DNA from: a virus
Taxonomy: Duplodnaviria > Heunggongvirae > Uroviricota > Caudoviricetes
Strand: one strand, 5' to 3'
Length of the DNA: 4,200 nucleotides
IMG/VR virus record: IMGVR_UViG_2541047928_000001
Coordinates: 1-4,200 of that record
Shown: piece after piece, positions 1 to 4,200 of the stretch
How positions within the stretch are numbered: position 1 is the first letter of the stretch
How the letters are laid out: every line of letters starts with the position of its first letter
The notes under the pieces: generated by a model
The model's input: the letters and a program-made list of their open reading frames with translations, nothing else
Database searches by the model: none
What the model was told of the DNA's origin: nothing
Translations under genes and position numbers: made by a program

Positions 1-265
1 GCTTGTGAATTTGTATCGTCATGCCGCTTTGAGTGGTGACTACAACGACAGAACCAGGCTGAAGACTGTTAAGATTGAATGCTTCGTAAAACGAATCCAA
101 TGCCAGTGCTTTTTTATTCTTTCTGTTCCACCAACGCCATCCCTTGCTACAGGCTACACTGACAATCCACTGTCCACTCCTGTAAGCCATATAAAACCAG
201 ATGAGCAAAACCTGAAGGAAGGCTATCCAGTCAATAATCGTATATTTCGCGAAGGAGTCCATCAC
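1..265 (-). CDS. Partial CDS (N-terminal part only, continues past window start): small predicted membrane protein, MMDSFAKYTIIDWIAFLQVLLIWFYMAYRSGQWIVSVACSKGWRWWNRKNKKALALDSFYEAFNLNSLQPGSVVVVTTQSGMTIQIHK...
   Basis: Hand translation of the minus strand. ATG at 265-263 (second ATG at 262-260) overlaps the stop of the upstream gene at 262-264 (ATGA). A perfect SD AGGAGGT lies 4-7 nt upstream. This frame has no stop codon down to position 1. A roughly 20-residue hydrophobic stretch is followed by a W/K/R-rich segment. Absent from the ORF track, presumably because no stop lies inside the window. Confidence 0.5.
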   Translation of the reverse strand, partial: MMDSFAKYTIIDWIAFLQVLLIWFYMAYRSGQWIVSVACSKGWRWWNRKNKKALALDSFYEAFNLNSLQPGSVVVVTTQSGMTIQIHK

Positions 266-756
266 TTCACCTCCTGCGGCGGTTCCGGTAGCGGCATCCA
301 GTGGGTTACACCGCCAATTGGCTCATCGTCGTCGTACTCCAATGCTGCTATATAGAACCCGTCACGACGAGAATAAGAAATCCCTGACATTACAATGCCA
401 TCAGAAACAACAATAATGTCACCCGTTTCTTCCGGCATTCGATCACTACAGCTTATCCAACCATCCGGAGTTACCGGCACTGGCTTGGCGGTATAAAGCG
501 GTGTTATATCTGCCCGAAAATTACATGCTTTATGCAGCCGCACCCACCGTTCGACTTCTGCTTTGTCAGAATACATACCAGTGAACGTGTTATATTCACG
601 GTCAATTTGCGTGAAGGTTACCTTCCACGCCACCGGCTCTGCCTCAAGCGATGCCAGTGCAATCCGTGCCAGTTCCATTTGTTCGCCACGGGTAAGCCCG
701 TTTTCAAGCGGGTATTTAATGAACAATTCGATACGTTCTTTAGTGATAGTGCTCAT
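262..756 (-). CDS. DUF551-like phage protein (164 aa), function unknown
   Basis: Track ORF 262..798 trimmed to the internal ATG at 756-754, which has a strong SD (AAAGGAGAG, 5-nt spacer) and sits 1 nt after the stop of the upstream gene. The ATG at 798 has no SD and would overlap the upstream gene by 40 nt. The C-terminal half (GWISCSDRMPEE ... VTHWMPLPEPP) resembles the DUF551 motif as I recall it; not search-verified. Confidence 0.65.
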   Translation of the reverse strand: MSTITKERIELFIKYPLENGLTRGEQMELARIALASLEAEPVAWKVTFTQIDREYNTFTGMYSDKAEVERWVRLHKACNFRADITPLYTAKPVPVTPDGWISCSDRMPEETGDIIVVSDGIVMSGISYSRRDGFYIAALEYDDDEPIGGVTHWMPLPEPPQEVK

Positions 757-757
757 A

Positions 758-1402
758 TCACTCTCCTTTGATGCGAATGCCAGCGGCGCGGGAATCATTC
801 CATCGCTTTACTTCTTCACGAATTACGTCAATGCATTCTTTCGAATCCATTAGGTAATCTTCATCAAAAAGACGTTCCTGTTCGTTTTCTATCGCAACAA
901 TGATTGCTTCAACTAACTTTTGTGCCTGAGAACCACTTTCTAACTCTGCAATGCGCTTCTCTGCGGCCTCTGCCCTGCATTGTTCCCGTTGGAACATTTT
1001 GTGGGTGCGGTCGAGCGCCTCAAGTCTGGCTGCTGATGTTTTCTCTTCTGCTTCAAGCTCAACGCGCAGCTTCCCTACCGTTAGCGCAATATCCTCGTTC
1101 TCCTTGTCGCGGGATTTTATGTATTGCTGGTTTCTTTCCCGTTCATCCAGTAGTGCCAGCGCAACATTTGGATTAAAGGCAGCAATAAATTCAGCGTTTG
1201 CGTAAGCCTGAGCATCTGTTTCAACCAGGCAGTTAACATGACATTCTGCAATCACGCCACCGGGTTCTCCTTTCCATTTTTGACAAACAAAAACTCCTGT
1301 TAAATTGCCGTGCTGGTTAACAGATGTATGCCCTACGATGTAGCTTCCTTTAGTTGCTTTCTCTGCCTTTTCACGCAGTGCCTGATAGTTAATCTCGCTC
1401 AC
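758..1402 (-). CDS. ead/Ea22-like family protein (214 aa)
   Basis: Track ORF. GTG start at 1402-1400 overlaps the upstream stop (GTGA); SD GGAGG lies 7 nt upstream. The N-terminus ([19 protein letters not shown]...) and AAFNPNVALALLDE motif resemble ead/Ea22-like proteins of lambdoid prophages. The central region is charged and coiled-coil-like. Confidence 0.7.
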   Translation of the reverse strand: MSEINYQALREKAEKATKGSYIVGHTSVNQHGNLTGVFVCQKWKGEPGGVIAECHVNCLVETDAQAYANAEFIAAFNPNVALALLDERERNQQYIKSRDKENEDIALTVGKLRVELEAEEKTSAARLEALDRTHKMFQREQCRAEAAEKRIAELESGSQAQKLVEAIIVAIENEQERLFDEDYLMDSKECIDVIREEVKRWNDSRAAGIRIKGE

Positions 1403-1623
1403 TCTTCATCCTCCAAGTCGGCAACGGCGTCCATCACATCAGAACCGCGAATAACCTCAAAAGCACGGCAGGCCATTTGAAATACCAGTTGCTCTTGCGG
1501 GTGAGGAGACTCCCAATATTTGAAGCCTGGGCGATGCGTGTACCCCATCATTGAATAAAAATCACCAGCAAGCTTAATCGCGGCATCGACAAGCTCTCTG
1601 TTAGTCATTCTTTTTCCGCTCAC
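1399..1623 (-). CDS. Hypothetical small protein (74 aa as called), acidic C-terminus
   Basis: Track ORF 1399..1644 trimmed to an in-frame GTG at 1623-1621, preceded by SD AAGGAGG (6-nt spacer) and overlapping the upstream stop (GTGA). An alternative ATG at 1608 would give 69 aa. No recognisable family. Confidence 0.5.
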   Translation of the reverse strand: MSGKRMTNRELVDAAIKLAGDFYSMMGYTHRPGFKYWESPHPQEQLVFQMACRAFEVIRGSDVMDAVADLEDEE

Positions 1624-1787
1624 TGGTTGCCTCCTTTGCGCCACATCGCATTCAGATATTTGTTTTGATTCACTGACGGAAAAGAATTTCTCTTAAGCAA
1701 TTCCTCTCTCGATGGCATTGGCTTTACGCGTTGGCGAATAATCATTTCTGCCGGAAGAATGCCGGGATTGTATGCAAGTCCTCTCAT
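1620..1787 (-). CDS. Hypothetical small basic protein (55 aa)
   Basis: Track ORF 1620..1820 trimmed to the ATG at 1787-1785, which has SD GAGGA (7-nt spacer) and starts 10 nt after the upstream stop. The ATG at 1820 lacks an SD and overlaps the upstream gene. Net basic composition. Confidence 0.45.
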   Translation of the reverse strand: MRGLAYNPGILPAEMIIRQRVKPMPSREELLKRNSFPSVNQNKYLNAMWRKGGNQ

Positions 1788-1797
1788 GGTAAATTCC

Positions 1798-2094
1798 TCA
1801 GTCATTACTGATAGCGCCATAGCGTGAGCGGTAATTACGCAGGCGCGGGTCGATATATTCAGGGAATTTGTCTATTGTCGCTTTTCGCAACGGTCTCATT
1901 GCTGTTTCGTTTGTTCGGTCCTTCTCCTGTTTTAGCGCGAGTTGTATATCGCGTCGGTACATCCGTTCTGCTTTTGTTTCTGGTGTCAGAGCAAGAAACG
2001 CGTCGAAATTGTTTTTGATATTCTCCAGCACCTCCGCCTTGGAGCTACCGGAGCAGTTGCGCGGGTCATCCGCACCATACAGAGGCGCTGGCAT
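1798..2094 (-). CDS. Hypothetical protein (98 aa)
   Basis: Track ORF. ATG at 2094-2092 with a weak SD (AAGG, 8-nt spacer), 23 nt downstream of the preceding stop. Same strand and tight spacing as the rest of the operon. No recognisable family. Confidence 0.55.
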   Translation of the reverse strand: MPAPLYGADDPRNCSGSSKAEVLENIKNNFDAFLALTPETKAERMYRRDIQLALKQEKDRTNETAMRPLRKATIDKFPEYIDPRLRNYRSRYGAISND

Positions 2095-2117
2095 AATGGG
2101 AGCCTTATTTTCAGTAA

Positions 2118-2705
2118 TCAGAAAGCAGGGTAATCGTTCTGGCTGTAACCATAATCATCTGCATGATTCTGGCTTACGTTTTTAGAGCGATTGTCTTTAT
2201 CTTTGAGGCTGGCAACCATGTCGGCGATAGTTTCTGGTTGCTTGCCTTCTGCCTTTTCTTTAAGGGTTTGACCTGTTTGTGCAATAAACGGGATGCGTAT
2301 TTCCATCTGGTAGCTGTCTGCGCCAGTCTTTTTGTTTGTGGTTAATACTTTCTGGAGCACTAACCCGATTTTCTTTCCATGAAATTCAGGTGCAACAAAT
2401 TTACTGGCGGAAACCATATGCTGCGTTAATTGTCCAATCCCGGCACACCCCATCATGGCGTGAACGACATTTGCGCCAAATTTGTTTTCCGTTCCGTCAT
2501 TTTTCTGAACACAAACGCTAAGATACTGGATTTTACGTCCGTCGTCGGATTCTCCAGAAAACTCAATAAATTTGGCTCCTTTTTCTGATTTCTTTAGTTC
2601 TGCTTCAGTAATGGTAATGATATGGGCGCCAGTTTCGTTAATAAAACCACCTTGCCCTGCGGTCAGTGCTGCTTCTTCGTTATAAGTAAAAATCACGTTG
2701 CTCAT
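2118..2705 (-). CDS. Putative ssDNA-binding partner of the adjacent ATPase (195 aa); possibly T7 gp2.5-like rather than a canonical SSB
   Basis: Track ORF. Its ATG overlaps the ATPase stop (ATGA), indicating translational coupling. The C-terminus ...ADDYGYSQNDYPAF is an acidic/aromatic tail ending in Phe, reminiscent of SSB and gp2.5 C-terminal tips. The N-terminus MSNVIFT loosely resembles T7 gp2.5 (MAKKIFT). There is no canonical SSB OB-fold signature. The functional call is an inference. Confidence 0.55.
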   Translation of the reverse strand: MSNVIFTYNEEAALTAGQGGFINETGAHIITITEAELKKSEKGAKFIEFSGESDDGRKIQYLSVCVQKNDGTENKFGANVVHAMMGCAGIGQLTQHMVSASKFVAPEFHGKKIGLVLQKVLTTNKKTGADSYQMEIRIPFIAQTGQTLKEKAEGKQPETIADMVASLKDKDNRSKNVSQNHADDYGYSQNDYPAF

Positions 2706-3382
2706 GCGGCGTTTTCCTTAATTTGATGAACATTATTGATGCCGTAGTAATCACAAACAGTGGCATCGACGAAAGAGAGATCGTTATCAATCTCATTGGA
2801 ATCAAACATTCCTATTGGGGATTTAACAGTGTCTGCACCGTTGTTTTTCGTGGTGAAAAAGAACTGGTCATCGCGGGTAAGGGTGCGAAGAACTATAGTA
2901 AACATGCCTTCGACAGTGATTTTCTCGTCCAGCATTTTGCCGATAGTCTTCATTTTCACACGCCCCATAGGGGTTTCTTCGGTGTGTGCGAGAAAATAGA
3001 CTCTCAGGTCATCAGGTGCATCCTGTGCAGCCTTAATCACCTCCCATGCGTGGCGGCCTATCTCAGTGAATTTATCAAACGATTTTTCTTCTGAGCGGCG
3101 CATAAACTCATTGCTCATCACATACTGGAAGTCATCAACAATAACGATTCTTTTCCCGTATTCGTGAGCACGCTTAATTACGGCAACTATTACGTCCCAT
3201 TTGTCAGTGGTAACTACGGTTCCTTTTTTTGCTCTGGCATCCCATGCCAGCCAGTCTTTTGATTTAAATGGAAGCGGCTTGCCTATTGGTTTTATAAGTA
3301 TTGCTTCCTCTGGATTGATATTTCTCATGCTGGTTGATTTTCCGGTGCCAGATTCACCGAGTATTAATGTCGCAGTTCCCAT
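2702..3382 (-). CDS. P-loop ATPase, probably Sak4-like (AAA_24 / RecA-like core) phage recombination protein (226 aa)
   Basis: Track ORF. Walker A GESGTGKST at residues 9-17 and a Walker B-like hhhhDD motif (RIVIVDD). Size and N-terminal P-loop fit the small RecA-like Sak4 family. It sits where lambdoid phages carry their recombination module, directly after kil. SD GAGG with a 6-nt spacer. Confidence 0.7.
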   Translation of the reverse strand: MGTATLILGESGTGKSTSMRNINPEEAILIKPIGKPLPFKSKDWLAWDARAKKGTVVTTDKWDVIVAVIKRAHEYGKRIVIVDDFQYVMSNEFMRRSEEKSFDKFTEIGRHAWEVIKAAQDAPDDLRVYFLAHTEETPMGRVKMKTIGKMLDEKITVEGMFTIVLRTLTRDDQFFFTTKNNGADTVKSPIGMFDSNEIDNDLSFVDATVCDYYGINNVHQIKENAA

Positions 3383-3390
3383 AATTTGCC

Positions 3391-3579
3391 TCAGAATGGT
3401 AATTCGGATGGGGAGGAAAGAAACTCACGCTCATTCATGCGCTCTCTTTGTGCCTGCCATAAGCAAAGTTGTTTCTTTGATTTATCTCCCGCTTTACGCC
3501 AGTAACGAGCCTCAGCAATGTGATATTCTCTTTTTAATCGACTTAACTCTGGAGTTTTCGCCAGTTCTACCGGAATCAT
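3391..3579 (-). CDS. Hypothetical small basic protein (62 aa)
   Basis: Track ORF 3391..3591 trimmed to the ATG at 3579-3577, which has SD GGAGGT (5-nt spacer) and overlaps the kil stop (ATGA). Lys/Arg-rich. No recognisable family. Confidence 0.5.
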   Translation of the reverse strand: MIPVELAKTPELSRLKREYHIAEARYWRKAGDKSKKQLCLWQAQRERMNEREFLSSPSELPF

Positions 3580-3689
3580 TTTGACCTCCATTTTCTGTAG
3601 GCTTCGACGGCCTCACGAAACATCTTTTCATCGCCAATAAAAGTGGCGATAGTGAATTTAGTCTGGATAGCCATAAGTGTTTGATCCAT
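3576..3689 (-). CDS. kil: Kil-like host cell-division inhibitor (37 aa as called)
   Basis: Internal ATG at 3689-3687 of track ORF 3576..3815, with SD AGGAG (8-nt spacer). The product MDQTLMAIQTKFTIATFIGDEKMFREAVEAYRKWRSK matches my recollection of the lambda Kil N-terminus. It starts 32 nt inside the cIII 3' end, the same overlap I recall for lambda. The upstream part of the track ORF is an artefact of the overlapping cIII frame. Confidence 0.7.
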   Translation of the reverse strand: MDQTLMAIQTKFTIATFIGDEKMFREAVEAYRKWRSK

Positions 3690-3822
3690 TTTTTGGGACT
3701 CCTGGCTGATTAAGTATGTCGATAAGGCGTTTCCATCCGTCACGTAATTTACGGGTGATTCGTTCAAGTAAAGATTCGGAAGGGCAGCCAGCAACAGGCC
3801 ACCCTGCAATGGCATATTGCAT
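3658..3822 (-). CDS. cIII: CIII, FtsH/HflB protease inhibitor that stabilises CII (54 aa)
   Basis: Not in the ORF track (54 aa). Hand translation from ATG 3822-3820 to TAA 3660-3658 gives MQYAIAGWPVAGCPSESLLERITRKLRDGWKRLIDILNQPGVPKNGSNTYGYPD, which matches lambda CIII as I recall it. SD AAGGAG at 3834-3829 with a 6-nt spacer. Confidence 0.85.
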   Translation of the reverse strand: MQYAIAGWPVAGCPSESLLERITRKLRDGWKRLIDILNQPGVPKNGSNTYGYPD

Positions 3823-3840
3823 GGTGTGCTCCTTATTTAT

Positions 3841-3871
3841 ACATAACGAAAAACGCCTCGAGTGAAGCGTT
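3841..3871 (-). terminator. Candidate intrinsic terminator or regulatory hairpin between the 97-aa ORF and cIII
   Basis: Minus-strand RNA: AACGCUUC, loop ACUC, GAGGCGUU (8 bp including one G-U pair), followed by UUUCGUU. It lies just upstream of the cIII SD. Likely read through under antitermination if this is a pL-type operon. Confidence 0.35.
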
Positions 3872-3894
3872 ATTGGTATGCGGTAACGCCGCGC

Positions 3895-4188
3895 TCAGGC
3901 GGCTTTGATAGTCATATCATCTGAATCAAATATTCCTGATGTATCGATATCGGTAATTCTTATTCCTTCGCTACCATCCATTGGAGGCCATCCTTCCTGA
4001 CCATTTCCATCATTCCAGTCGAACTCACACACAACACCATATGCATTTAAGTCGCTTGAAATTGCTATAAGCAGAGCATGTTGCGCCAGCATGATTAATA
4101 CAGCATTTAATACAGAGCCGTGTTTATTGAGTCGGTATTCAGAGTCTGACCAGAAATTATTAATCTGGTGAAGTTTTTCCTCTGTCAT
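3895..4188 (-). CDS. Hypothetical acidic protein (97 aa)
   Basis: Track ORF. Its ATG at 4188-4186 overlaps the TAA of an upstream gene that ends at 4188-4190 (TAATG). The composition is strongly acidic (about 16 D/E against 5 K/R), with a D-rich C-terminal region. No recognisable family. Confidence 0.6.
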   Translation of the reverse strand: MTEEKLHQINNFWSDSEYRLNKHGSVLNAVLIMLAQHALLIAISSDLNAYGVVCEFDWNDGNGQEGWPPMDGSEGIRITDIDTSGIFDSDDMTIKAA

Positions 4189-4200
4189 TACGTCATGGTC

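Noticed and set aside
5-355. Plus-strand 116-aa ORF at the left edge
   Set aside because: It apparently starts with GTG and has no SD. It is antisense to a minus-strand frame that has a perfect SD, an ATGA coupling to the upstream gene and membrane-protein character. It also overlaps the DUF551 gene 3' end.
262-798. Longer starts for track ORFs 262..798, 1399..1644, 1620..1820 and 3391..3591
   Set aside because: The upstream starts lack SD motifs and create long overlaps with the preceding genes. In each case an internal ATG or GTG has a strong SD and an overlapping or adjacent stop.
2118-2705. Canonical bacterial-type SSB assignment for the 195-aa protein
   Set aside because: No recognisable canonical SSB N-terminal OB-fold motifs. 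Only the C-terminal tail and genomic context suggest an SSB-like role, so it is reported as a non-canonical, possibly gp2.5-like, candidate.
2702-3382. P-loop ATPase as a defence or abortive-infection ATPase rather than a recombination protein
   Set aside because: Its small size, N-terminal Walker A, tight coupling to an SSB-like gene and position in the recombination slot after kil fit a Sak4-type annealing protein better. Not excluded without a profile search.
532-3584. Remaining plus-strand track ORFs (532..771, 563..853, 904..1176, 951..1205, 1824..2018, 1868..2185, 1942..2133, 2163..2345, 2336..2521, 2723..3094, 2760..2999, 3201..3584)
   Set aside because: All lie antisense within well-supported minus-strand genes, lack convincing SD motifs, and several have low-complexity or Cys/Ser-rich translations typical of antisense frames.
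3576-3815. Track ORF read as a single 79-aa protein (MPLQGG...)
   Set aside because: Its first 42 codons are the out-of-frame overlap with cIII and have no SD. The real gene is kil, starting at the internal ATG at 3689 with its own SD.
3895-4188. Identification of the 97-aa ORF as lambda ral or ea10
   Set aside because: I cannot recall those sequences well enough to assert identity. The sequence does not match what I remember of Ral; only the position and the similar gap to cIII are suggestive.
1-4200. tRNA, rRNA, CRISPR repeats, IS or transposon ends, attachment-site repeats
   Set aside because: No tandem or spaced direct repeats, inverted terminal repeats or tRNA-like structures were recognisable by eye; the window is almost entirely coding on one strand.

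Overview
The window is one uninterrupted, tightly packed minus-strand operon with the layout of the early-left (pL-type) region of a lambdoid phage or prophage. Reading in the direction of transcription (high to low coordinate): the last 4 codons of an upstream gene, an acidic 97-aa ORF, a terminator-like hairpin, cIII, kil, a 62-aa basic ORF, a P-loop ATPase that looks Sak4-like, a 195-aa putative SSB-like partner, three small ORFs of unknown function, an ead/Ea22-like protein, a DUF551-like protein, and the start of a small membrane protein that runs off the left edge. cIII (54 aa) and the left-edge membrane protein are absent from the supplied ORF track and were found by hand translation. 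Several track ORFs are over-extended at the 5' end; starts were re-placed using SD motifs and stop/start overlaps. All plus-strand track ORFs look like antisense artefacts. No rRNA, tRNA, CRISPR array or IS element was recognised. The most interesting feature is a mosaic junction: the lambda-type cIII-kil pair is followed by a Sak4-type ATPase module where lambda carries gam-bet-exo, with the breakpoint apparently inside the kil 3' end. I cannot point to a clearly defined novel system; the uncharacterised small genes around this module are candidates for accessory or anti-defence functions. All family assignments are from reading the protein sequences and from memory, not from database searches.
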